DNA of 34,254 nucleotides, from the NCBI GenBank assembly GCA_026025795.1, contig JAPEUG010000172.1, positions 1 through 34,254 on the forward strand, written 5' to 3'. Below, in pieces: positions 1 through 10,181 of the stretch. This DNA comes from Thelocarpon superellum (taxonomy: Eukaryota). Every line of letters starts with the position of its first letter. Position 1 is the stretch's first letter. The notes under the pieces are model-generated. The model saw only the letters and a list, made by a program, of their open reading frames with translations, did no database searches and had not been told where the DNA came from. Both the position numbers and the translations under genes were made by a program.

Positions 1-260
1 ATCCATGGCGAGAAAAGGCTTTGCCGGATGCCGAGAGCACCATCTTGCTGTACAGCAACCGCTATCTCTATTTGCGAGAGATCAACAAGTATGTCGTCGC
101 CGTGGCTGGACGTTCGTGTGCGCTGCTGACCTCCCTTCCCAGATATCTGGCCCTGATCTGTCTGATGAAGGACGATTGCGCGCCCAAGAAAGGCATGATC
201 GACATCAATGTCAACACCTTTCAAGATGCTCTGGCCAAGGTCTTTGGGTTTGAGAAGTGA
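1..260 (+). CDS. GTR2: 3' end of Rag-family small GTPase (Gtr2/RagC-D-like), partial; intron 89-142
   Basis: Removing GTATGT(89)...GCTGAC...CAG(142) gives ...AESTILLYSNRYLYLREINK/YLALICLMKDDCAPKKGMIDINVNTFQDALAKVF. This resembles the C-terminal roadblock segment of Gtr2/RagC. The N-terminus lies outside the window. Confidence 0.7.
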   Translation, partial: PWREKALPDAESTILLYSNRYLYLREINKYVVAVAGRSCALLTSLPRYLALICLMKDDCAPKKGMIDINVNTFQDALAKVFGFEK

Positions 261-573
261 CGGGCGTGGCACACCGTGACGGGTGACAGCACGATCGCGA
301 GCGCTCTTCTTTTGATACCACTCGAGGAGGCGTAGTAAGTAGGAGCTGGATAGTAGTGTAACACAAGGACATTCCGTACGTCTTTGCATCGGTCAGACGC
401 TGGCGTGCATGTCGTGAGAGGCGGCGTAGTCGTAAGCGACGAGAGCCTGGAAACACACGACAGCGATCCTCCACGAGGCTTCCAAGTATGAGCTCACAAT
501 TCGCCGATCCTGAGCACCGGCCTCTAATGGAACAGACAAGCTCCTCAAGCATCAGCTTACGCAGTCTGGCACC

Positions 574-1541
574 ATGAGCACATCCGCCGCCGAGTACCAC
601 GGGCCCGCCACGACACGGTCCCGATACCGATCCCGCACGACCAAGGCATCATCCTCATCCGTCTCAGACGAGTTGTTGGAGCCTTCCCGCAGCAGCAGCA
701 GCAGCAGCAGCAGCGACGACAGCCGCTCCAACACCCTTTCACCCTCCGCGTCCAACGGTGACAATGACAACAAGAAGGACGGCCACTACGGGAACGACCA
801 CGAGAATGAACACGCCTCCTCCTCCTCGTCCTCCTCCTTCTCCATCCTCGACATCTTCCGGCTCCTCACGGGCCTCCTGATCCTCAACAGCGCCCTTTCC
901 TACTTCGTCACCAACGACTCGTTGATCTGGGGATACAAGACACACTGGCTCCGGCCCGGCGCGATTCAAGCCTGGCTGCGCGGCCCGCTGGAGCTCACAC
1001 CCGAACAGCTGCTCCTGTATAACGGGAGTGCGTACCCGGACCTGCCCATCTACCTCGCCGTCAATGGTACCGTGTTCGACGTGAGCGCGTCACCGCATCA
1101 TTACGGACCCGGCGGGGGGTATCATTTCTTTGCGGGTCGGGATGGTGCGAGAGCGTTCGTTACGGGCTGTTTCATGCTGGAGCATGTCGTCCCGGATCTT
1201 AGGGGCGCAGAGGAGCTGTATCTCCCTGCTGCCACGGGGCCGTATACTGTCGAGGTATGTGGATGGTGGGATTACGTGCCTAGACGTGCGATACCTGCCC
1301 TTTCTACCGTACCTACCGTGCGCGTTGCTGATGGATACATGCAATAATGGTTCAGGAACGAAAAGCAGCACAGGGGAAAGTATCAGAAGGCGTAAAGCAC
1401 TGGGAAGAGTTTTTCCACAGGAGCGATAAGTACTTCGCCGTCGGCAAGGTTGTGCGGCCGCACGGCTGGTTGGAGGCGTCGCCGCGGCTGGGCCTTTGTG
1501 AAGCTGCGGAACGGTCGAGGCCAAAGCCGAAGTCAAACTGA
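574..1541 (+). CDS. Cytochrome b5-like heme/steroid-binding membrane protein (MAPR/Dap1/neuferricin family); exons 574-1254, 1356-1541; 288 aa
   Basis: Ser-rich N-terminus and one hydrophobic segment (ILDIFRLLTGLLILNSALSYFV). Then LTPEQLLLYNG..PIYLAVNGTVFDVS..HYGPGGGYHFFAGRDGARAFVTGCF. Intron GTATGT(1255)...TTCAG(1355) joins in frame to ERKAAQ...HWEEFF...KYFAVGKV. Confidence 0.9.
691..714 (+). repeat. (AGC)8 coding microsatellite (poly-Ser)
   Basis: Direct reading of agcagcagc... in frame with the heme-binding protein gene. Confidence 0.9.
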
Positions 1542-1887
1542 CTCTTTGCCCTACTTCCCTGCCCATGTGCATGTCCAGAAGAAGGGCAGGAAAATTGGCA
1601 TTTTGGAAGGTGTGGACGGCCAAGGCGTTTCTTCCTCTGGACGTCTCTTGTATCATATCGTATGGCAGTGCATTGTATTGTATTCGTACCGTGCGTACAA
1701 CCCGACGTGGCGCCCCTGGCCTATCATAGCACCTCAGAGAAGAGAGTTCTCGTCTCTCATCTGGTGCCCTAGAACCGACCCGTTCTGCTTCTCGTTTCCC
1801 CATCTCACCTCGCGTTCCATCTCTCCTCTGCTGTCATTGAACCCGCTCTCTTCCGCCACCGCTCATCCAGTCGCGACCTTGACGTAG

Positions 1888-2457
1888 CTAATCGGCGGCA
1901 GTAACGGCACGAGCTAAGGAAGCGTCATCAGCATATTGCCCTCCTTCTTCCTCTCCTCTCTCTCTCTCCCAATAGAGATAAAGACGGGGACTCACTGTAG
2001 ATGCTCAATTTGCTATGACCCACGACCTTCTTGATCTGGCCCTTCTCCTCCAGGTCCTGCAGCGCCTTGCGCGCCAACGAGCCGTTGATCTTCAATCGGT
2101 CGACCAGCGTGGCCACCGTAATCAGCCGATAGGATTGCACGTCTTTGTACAGTTTCTCCGAGGTTGCCTTATCCAGCACCACCGCGTGTTGCGCCTTGTC
2201 CTTGACTATGTTTCCATATCTGATTAGCTAACTGACTGGCTGACTGGAGACAATAGCGAAGAGAGAGAGATATAGAGGAACATAGAGATGGAGAAGAATA
2301 AGGGAGGAAAGATGAAAAGGCTCACCCTTTCCCTTGGACCACTTCTTCTTCTGCTTCTTGCCACCGGCGGCAGCAGCTGCGGGGGCCTACATCGAAGCAG
2401 GTAGAATCAGCCTTTGCTTCCAATCCCCAACCGCCTCCACAGAGAAAAACTCACCAT
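1888..2457 (-). CDS. RPS25: 40S ribosomal protein S25 (eS25); exons 2457-2455, 2386-2326, 2205-1996, 1913-1888; 99 aa
   Basis: Spliced product MAPAAAAGGKKQKKKWSKGKVKDKAQHAVVLDKATSEKLYKDVQSYRLITVATLVDRLKINGSLARKALQDLEEKGQIKKVVGHSKLSIYTRAVTAAD. All three introns are GTGAG...TAG. Confidence 0.98.
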
Positions 2458-2563
2458 GTTGAGACAATGTATGAAGACCGTCGACCTGAACTTCTCTGTC
2501 AGATCGAGGAACTGTCGGCGTCGTGGGGCTGTCGATATGTCGAATGTGCGTTTGCCGAGTCCT

Positions 2564-2796
2564 GTCACGTGTGCCTTGGGCTAGGGCTGCTGAGGATGAG
2601 TAAGGCTGAGTGGGGGAGGGTGACGAAGCCGCTTGGAGAGACGCGAGACACGAGCCGCGATTAGGGGGATCGTCACTTGCCCTCAACTTCACACTCTTCG
2701 ATGTTCATTATATACTATGTTCGGACATCCGCCTGGTGTGGTCAATCTGGTGTCGGTGTTGACACGTCATCTCTTCCAGGTCGGAAAGTGTGACTG
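2564..2796. promoter_or_regulatory. Candidate ribosomal-protein promoter motifs upstream of RPS25
   Basis: GTCACGTG E-box (2564-2571), CTAGGGCT (2581-2588, Tbf1/Homol-E-like) and an exact Homol-D box TGTGACTG (2789-2796). These are short motifs, so chance occurrence is possible. Confidence 0.4.
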
Positions 2797-3341
2797 TCCT
2801 AGGAATGAGTCGATTCACTCTGCCTACTCTATTGCCGTGCATTCGTCCCGTCTCCTCTACTTCGTCAGTGTGGAGATGGGCCGAGTGCATGGATCAAATG
2901 CTTGCTCTTCGAAGGACATTTCTGTGGAACCAGGGCGATGGGAATGCTTGCGTATTGGAGACGACTATGTTGGAGCTGATCCACGATATCGCTACTGGAG
3001 GAATCCGCGTTGCATAGGACATCGGGACATGGAGTGGCAGGGAGCGCCTCGAATGTACACACGATTCCACTTCTCAGTTTCTGACCATCAGTGAATAGAT
3101 GCTAGGGTACTTGGTGGCCCGGTCTTTTTCACACGCCCACTGCAGGCCTTCTACTTCCTAACCCACTTCCTATCGCACTTCTCATCCAGCTTTCTCATCT
3201 TCTTCCATCACCATTTCTCACACCGCGCGATTCCATAACAACAACATCATCGCCACAACGATCCACCCCCGCTCCATCCCAGCGCGCACCACACAGCACA
3301 TCACAACAAAGCAGCCATCACCATCCATCACCACTGCCAGG

Positions 3342-4706
3342 ATGACTCGTTGGCACCCACTGCTGATCACGATGCTCCTTGTCCTGCACTTCATGACCTT
3401 GGGGTCCAACAACCACAAAGAGCAACAAATCCGCGAGATACGCGCGTTCGCGGCCCAGCTGAATACGACCGTCACCCGTATGAACCAGCACCTGGCAATG
3501 ATGAACGTAACGGTGATCCAGATCGACAAGGCCATCGCGCAACTGCATTCGAGCATGGGCCTAGTCAACATGACCCTGTACGCCATGACGGAGGAACTGC
3601 GCTTAATCCGCATCGCCCTCACACTCTTCAACGACCTAAGCAGCGCCTTATACGCTCAAGAGTCCACGCCTGGCTCCGTGCCCATCATGAAGACCTGGCG
3701 TTCCTCTGACCCCTCCGCCCACGGCCTGTACTCGCGCGACCTCCCCGACCTCTCCGTTTATCGAGCGCAGATGGTGCCGGGCCCCGCGGGCCTAAATGAC
3801 CAATGGCGCTGCGGGAACTACTGCATCTGGCCCCTGCAAACGGGCTCTGGTAAGTGCATTCCCCTTCCCTCGCACGCCGTCCTTCGCAACACATGCTAAC
3901 GTCGCCCCCTGAACCCAGTAACGTGCCAGCTCAACGTCTCCCGCCTCCCCAACGAGCCCATCACACCCGGCAACGCCAACCTCCCCTTGTTCAACGATGC
4001 GTGTTTCTGCTCCGATTCCCGTGTCATGGAGTACCTCCCGCGCTGTCTCTGGTGTCTCTCGGCCTTCCAGCTCGCGCCCGCGACCGCGACCGTGCTCCGT
4101 GCAGCCTTTGACACCTGCACTGCCCCGCCGCAACGCTACGATGTCTGTCCCGACTCGTGCGGCCCGCTCGACCAGAAACTCACGTCCAAGATCACACCGT
4201 GCCTCGAGACTGCCGCTTCCGTGTCCGAGGTCAACCAGTGCGTCTGCGACAAGAGCACCTCCACCCTCGTCGACAACTGCCAGTGGTGTCTCCTGGGCTA
4301 TAACCGCACCGCTAGCGACGAGGTGGCCGGTCTGCTCGACACGTGTGATGGGGCTTTGGTCGACGACGTCTCCGCTTCTCCTTCGTCTGCGGCTGCGTCG
4401 GCCGGTTCCACTTCCATGGGCACCTCCACTTCCTCCAAGAGCAAAGGAAAAGGAAAAGGAAAAGGAAAAGGAAAAGGAAAAGGCAAGCGCTCCGTCATGC
4501 CCACGCCCACGCCCACGTCAGCCAGCACGACCACGAGCAACACCAAGGCCGGACCCGACGAACCCTCGTCCAGCAGCTCCTGGGACACCAACATTCGAAC
4601 CGTCAAGCGCGACGCCGGCGTCCGAGCCGTCTTTCTCGACCTCAACCTCCTGAAGGACGAGAAGGAAGAACGTAAGCGCGCCAAGCGCTCGGGATTCGTT
4701 CACTGA
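3342..4706 (+). CDS. Uncharacterised secreted Cys-rich protein with two 8-Cys (CFEM-like spacing) modules; exons 3342-3849, 3919-4706; 431 aa
   Basis: Signal-peptide-like start MTRWHPLLITMLLVLHFMTLGS. Intron GTAAGT(3850)...GCTAAC...CAG(3918) joins ORFs 3342-3899 and 3987-4706 in frame. Ser/Thr-rich tail. Confidence 0.75.
4443..4484 (+). repeat. (AAAGGA)7 coding hexamer repeat encoding (KG)n
   Basis: Direct reading; the last unit is AAAGGC. Confidence 0.9.
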
Positions 4707-5117
4707 ATCCGCCTTTCCCACCCCCCCTCCCCCCCCTTCTTCGTTCATCTGTTCATCGAATAGAGGGATGTTGCGGCGGTCGTCGTGTGGATGAAATGGA
4801 AATGTCGAGAGAGGACCGAGATTGATGCATTCTGGTGTGCTGGATTGGTACCGTCATGGTATGCTGCGAGGATGGATTGATGGTATGATGAGCGGGTGGG
4901 ATGATGAGACTGAGACCGGAAGGAGGAGAGTGGAGATGATGTGCCATTCCTGAACTTTGATACTGGACTCTTGACACTCCGAAGAAGTGGTAGGATACGA
5001 TGCAGACGATACGATAGTTAGATGACTCCATCAAATGGCAAGCGACCTGTGCTAAATCTCCAACGTCAACGCCCTGTCGCCTTTTCCTCCGTGCCCTGTC
5101 CCTCCGTGATATGTACA

Positions 5118-6849
5118 TCACACGTGAAAGGGTCTTCGATGATGAAACGTGTCGTCTACCTCTCCGGCTCCCGAAGGCAGCTCATCATCATGAGCATTAC
5201 TCTGGAACATCCAGTCGGAAGAAGAGCCGGTTTCGCGAAGTGGGTGTGACGGTGGATCTGATTCGTTCGTCCTTGCGCGCGTGGGCTGATGCAGCCCCCG
5301 CGTCTCCTCGGACGCGTCTGGCTCGATGTCGTCCACATATCCCACGACAAGCTGATTTGCGTTCCGAAAGAGCAGCTTCGGTCGCTGCTCGTACCACGCC
5401 GACGGATCGTTGCGCGTCCACTTTGCCTCCTGTCGGCCGCGTTGGTCTTGCAGGGGAATGGCAACGACGTGCGGGTCCCGCCATGTGCTGCTCCAGAGGT
5501 ACACGGCCGCTTCGTCGTTGAGGCAGTGCAGGAGGAGCAGATGTGGAAGCGACGGGTGCCACTGCATGCTTTTGACGGGAGAGTGGTGGATCAGGACCGC
5601 TAGTATCGATTGCGCGCTCACGGACCAGATCCACACCGTCGTCGGGATCGACTCCACCCGTGTCGCCATCAGGGTGGAGAGTCCGTCCGGGTTGTTGAAC
5701 GCCATGGCGGAGATGCCGATCTTAGGCCCTCCGTCCGAGGTGGCCCCGTTGACGCTCGGCGGACTCATGGCCTGTGTCGCGCGCGCGTAGCTTCGTTGCC
5801 CCGTTGAGCTGATGATTTCCTGCCACACTGACGTTTGCGGCTGGTCGATGAGGTTCGTGTGGTTGAGGTACATCACGGGGGAGAACTGCGGATCGTGAGT
5901 TGGAGCTCACGGGGCGTATGTCATGAGGGAGCATCGTACCGTCGAGCTGTTGAGCAACGTGACTTGCTTTTCATGGTCTCCGATGGCGAGATAGTCGCCG
6001 CGACGACTCCACTCCACGCTCTTCACCCCCAGTCCGCCGCTCCCGTCCAGTTGTGCTCCCATGAAGGTGCGATAGAGATGGCCGTCGGCGGTGTAGATCA
6101 AGACTCGGTATCCGCTCGATGCCGAGTCCCACAGCGCAATCCATCTTCCACAAGGACTCCACTTCAGACCTTGCGCGTCCACGGTCGCGACCGTGAAGGA
6201 GTGGAGCACCTCGTACGCCCCTGGCGCATGGATAGTGACCATGTCGCCCGCCGCCGGTCGTGTCAGGAGCGCAAAGTGTCCGGTTCTCGGCCGGTAGCCA
6301 TACCCGTGACCTGCAGACACGCTCTTGGGATCCCGTATCTCAATCGACCGGCCCGCGTCCAAGAGCCAGACGGTCACCTTCACGCCACATTCCGCAAAGA
6401 CCAAGACTTCGTTCGAAGTGCCGCCAAAGAAGACGTTGGCAATCTTTCCAACTCCACCGCCCGCGCCGTCGATCGTCGCACTCCATGCTGGGTCGCTGGT
6501 ATCCCACACCTTCACCGTGTCTCCATCCGCGAGCAGCAGTCGTGGTGGAGGATCGGTTGCGCCCGGCGCAGGAAAGACGTCGACGTCGCCCGTGGCCTCG
6601 TGTGGGATGACTGAGTCGGACCATCGCAGAAATTGCACCCGTGCTGCAAACGCAGGATCTAGCGTGATGAATCGAATTGGGTCGAGAGAGGTGGAAGATC
6701 GGAGGATGAGTTGCCACTGGATCACGGTCGCAATCAACGTGCCATCCACCGACGGCACGGCATGCTGCGAGCCTGGGCAAATTGATCAGCGACGCGTTGA
6801 TTGGAGAGCACAGCTGGAACATACATTCAATCGAAGGCGAAAATTCCAT
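5118..6849 (-). CDS. WDR8: WD40 protein, WDR8/WRAP73-like (spindle pole body/centrosome); exons 6849-6825, 6772-5940, 5885-5118; 541 aa
   Basis: Start MEFSPSIE/CSQHAVPSVDG. Motifs TVDAQGLKWSPCGRWIALWDSASSGYRVLIYTADGHLYR, GLGVKSVEWS and MATRVESIPTTVWIW. Introns GTATGT..CAG (6824-6773) and GTACGA..CAG (5939-5886) restore the frame. Confidence 0.85.
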
Positions 6850-7310
6850 GTCCCTCGTGGTAAATGCATTGCAACGCCTTCTCTTGACGATGCCTATTGC
6901 CCTCCTCGGCGGGGCAGTAAACAATGTTCACCTCCATGCCGTTTTTGGTTTAGCGCGTTGAGGTTCAGCCTCCTGGCTCCTGGCCTCTGGCCCCCGTTAT
7001 CTCCCCGTAGAATCGTCTCTTATTCCTCAAGTCACCCTAGGGGCCAGGGAGCCGCGACGTTCGACGATAGACTTAGCTTCGAATTATCCTGCTTTGCGAA
7101 TTCGAGTAGACGCTAAGTTCGTCGTCGGACGTCGCAGCTCCTGGCGCCCGCCAACAGCTTGGACCGAATGATATGTTGGTGGGATCGTCTGCTCTTCCTT
7201 CAAGAGCTTTGGGGGCCAGGAGCCACGACGTTCGACGACGAACTTTGCATGAATCATCCAGGCCGGATTTTCCCAGCAAGGGAGAGTGGGTGCTACAATG
7301 GCTACACCGT

Positions 7311-8050
7311 TCATTCCACAAAACCTTCCTCTCGAGACTCTCCGCTCCTTCCACCACGCTTCAACACCACTCTGACGTCTTCGATCCGCATGCCACGGTC
7401 CACACCCTTGCACATGTCCACCACCGTAAGACACGCGCCCATCACCGCTGTCATTGCTTCCATCTCCACTCCTGTCGGGCCGTAGCACTCAACCCTTGCC
7501 GTAGCTTGTACGCCCCCATTCTCGAGCTTCTTGTCTTTGCGTCCATCGCCCCCTGCGCAGTCGATTCGCCCTGCCTCTGTTACCTTCTCATCCACTAGCT
7601 CAACGGCGAGGTCCACGCCCGTCAGAGCCAGGGGGTGACAGAGGGGAATCAGCTCTGCCGTACGTTTGGCAGCCATGATGCCAGCGATACGCGCCGTCGC
7701 TAGCACGTCGCCTTTTTTGACCAGCGAGGCTGGGATGAGGCGGAGAGGATGTTTGTTCGAGAATCGCACAACCCCTCGAGCGATGGCGAGTCGGTTACTG
7801 GCTGGCTTTTCTGTGATCCGCACCATGTGCGCTGTTCCATCGGGTTGAAGGTGCGTGAGTACAGGACGTGCCTCCGATGCAGGATCATCTTTTGCTCGTG
7901 TCGCCATGGTCGAGAACCGTTGCGCCGATTGGGAGGACAGGGGCGGAGTAGGTAATTGTTGACTGTGTGGCCACGCAAAAGGTGTCCCAGTTGCTGACCG
8001 TGCTGAAACTCCTCTCACTACCCTCCCGTGCTGACCAGGGACTTTGTCAT
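7311..8050 (-). CDS. cnxABC: cPMP synthase (MoaC/MOCS1B) domain, last exon of a 699-aa MoaA-MoaC fusion isoform
   Basis: LTHLQPDGTAHMV, KKGDVLATARIAGIMAAKRTAELIPLCHPL, GPTGVEMEAMTA, VVDMCKGVDRGMRI and KRGGRSG. It is in frame with MoaA when the donor at 8117 is used. Confidence 0.92.
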
Positions 8051-9538
8051 CTGCAGATGCATCGTCAGCCAAAGTTCCCATCTCGGCACTCGTCAACTAA
8101 AGCATAAACGTACCCACCAATTAAGATCATGGGCCGATTTTTCATATTCTCCAACTGGCCAATGCCTGCGTGCTTTGCTCGTTTTCGCTTGACGGCCATG
8201 CCGATGACTTCGAGTAGCTCTTGCTCCGAGTCTGAGGAGGGAACCGGTTGGGGAGACGTTGTTGCATCGTTGATACGGGCCGCCTCGGTCCTTTGGATGA
8301 GATCCAGGGCGGCCTGGTCGATCGGTAGACCCCCATTACTCTTCCTCAAGAGCTCTCGAAGGGAAACTTCGGCATCTCCGAATAAACACACCTTAAGATT
8401 GCCGTCGGCGGTGATGCGCAATCGGTTGCAGGTGCCGCAGAAGTTATGCGTCATGCTTGTGATGAAGCCCACTCTCCCGACAAACCCGGGAACCTGGTAG
8501 GTTTTGCTGGTGTCATTGGCATGGTCCTGGACTTTTCTCATAGACGGGTGCTTGGTCTTGATGACGTTCATTATCTCCTCGTAGCTGAACATCTTCTTCT
8601 GGCTCCACTTGTTGCCGTCAAAGGGCATGTATTCGATGAAACGTACTTCCACATCCTTCTCTTTGGTAAGCTCGACGAACGGCAATATCTCTCGCTCGTT
8701 CATCCCCCGCATCACCACACAGTTGATTTTGAATTTGATGTTGGCCCCAAGTCGTTTTCGCTCGAGCACATCCTCGATGGATCTCATGACCATGTCGAAC
8801 CCCATTCGCCGCGTCATGAGCTGGAACTGAAAAGGATCGAGCGTGTCGAGGCTCAGGTTGATCCCCGTCAGACCAGCGGCAATCAAGGTGTCGAGCTTGC
8901 GATGGAGCGAGATGCCATTCGTCGTGATACACAGCTCTTGCAGGCCCTGTGCGCGGAGGGAGCCAATAGATTCGACCAGGGGAAGGAAGTCCCGTCGTAC
9001 CGTCGGTTCGCCCCCGGTCAGTCGAATCTTCGTGACACCCTGTGAGACAAACAGCGCCGAGAGCGCAACAATCTCGGCGTTGGTCAAGATATGGTCCGGC
9101 GGGGACAAGGGGACGCCCTCTGCAGCATCGTCAGCCTTTCCTAAGCAGTCCACCGAGGCCGTGGTCCAAGACCAAGATACCTTCAGGCATACAGTAAAGA
9201 CATCGCAGGTTGCACCTCTCTGTGATGCTTATCCGGAGATAATCATGCTGCCGGTTGTACGTATCGGTCAGGAAGCGTGAGAAGGGTTTAGCGTGCTTGA
9301 GAGCATCGCGCCTGTCTGGGGAGCGTAGAAGGGCGGCCTTGGGAGTAGTAGGGAGGATCTCAGTTGCGAGCTCAGCGCTGACATAGGCGTGAGGCCCATC
9401 ATGGGCTGCACCCGCAGCACTTGCTATCCCTCGAACTGACATTCCACTTCGGCATCGTGGGACATCAAACGGAGTGCGGGTGCGTGCCGGTCGGATGCAC
9501 GCCATAGATCGCCCGGGCCACCACCGTGATGCACACAT
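8047..9538 (-). CDS. cnxABC: GTP 3',8-cyclase (MoaA/MOCS1A, radical SAM) isoform ending Gly-Gly-stop; exons 9538-9181, 9119-8114, 8050-8047; 455 aa
   Basis: [21 protein letters not shown] (CxxxCxxC), [41 protein letters not shown] and C-terminal NRPMILIGG. Arg-rich N-terminus resembles a mitochondrial presequence. Confidence 0.92.
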
Positions 9539-9680
9539 GATGGTGCACGCATAGGTATTGAACTCTCATGGATCGGCATCCTCTATCTTCCGTCCAGCAT
9601 TTCGACGGGTCTTTCGTCGCGAGGCGGGTGGAAAGGTCTATCTGATCCTCCGTGGGGATAACAAACATCTGTAGGAGCGC

Positions 9681-9701
9681 GCACGTGATCTAGTCACGTG
9701 C
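9681..9701. promoter_or_regulatory. Paired E-boxes in an inverted repeat (bHLH, Cbf1-type site) upstream of the MoaA-MoaC gene
   Basis: GCACGTGA-TCTAG-TCACGTGC, about 145 nt upstream of ATG 9538. Confidence 0.55.
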
Positions 9702-10181
9702 CCACTCCTATCACTATCCCGACTACGCGTAGATTAGCAATTCAGTTCTGATTCCTACACATCGCCACATATGCTGACTCATGCGGCCAGCGTCACTCGG
9801 AGGGAATCGAGGATCCGCTAAAACGTCTCTTGACACACAAACTCACCACGTCCGAGGGGCGCCCTGTACAAATGGGAGAGCAGTATCCTGGGATCGCTGG
9901 GAGCGCTTCAGGTCATGTTACATCGACTGCCTAGTACTATGGCCTAGTAGGCCAGAGTGTCTAGCATGCACACCAATTACGTCACTGAAAATCCCAGCAA
10001 TGCAAGGCGCATATATTCTGGGCCCCATCATCAGACTCACCTTCTTGTACGGAACGTCTCTGATGAATGAACATGTGTGGGAGCAAGTAATGCCCTTCAA
10101 TGACATGACACCCTCTTGAGAATTGATTGCTCGAGGTCCTGGAGCTAAGCTGTCGGCGGGATCAGGTCTCATGAAGCATAT

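Noticed and set aside
1950..2320. GA/CT-rich tracts in RPS25 introns as possible intronic snoRNAs
   Set aside because: The introns are only about 80-120 nt of simple polypyrimidine sequence with no convincing C/D or H/ACA structure.
2790..3094. Short ORFs (75-153 aa) between RPS25 and the secreted-protein gene
   Set aside because: No motif or clear splice structure; likely promoter or intergenic DNA, though a small gene cannot be excluded.
5835..7116. Long plus-strand ORFs (259 and 263 aa) opposite WDR8; similar cases at 1090-1803, 17695-18807, 20037-20795 and 22670-23326
   Set aside because: Antisense shadows of GC-rich coding sequence with no independent motifs.
8065..8113. ORF-track MoaA C-terminus ...[18 protein letters not shown] and MoaC start at 8096
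   Set aside because: Both run through intron sequence; canonical donor, branch and acceptor signals explain the region better.
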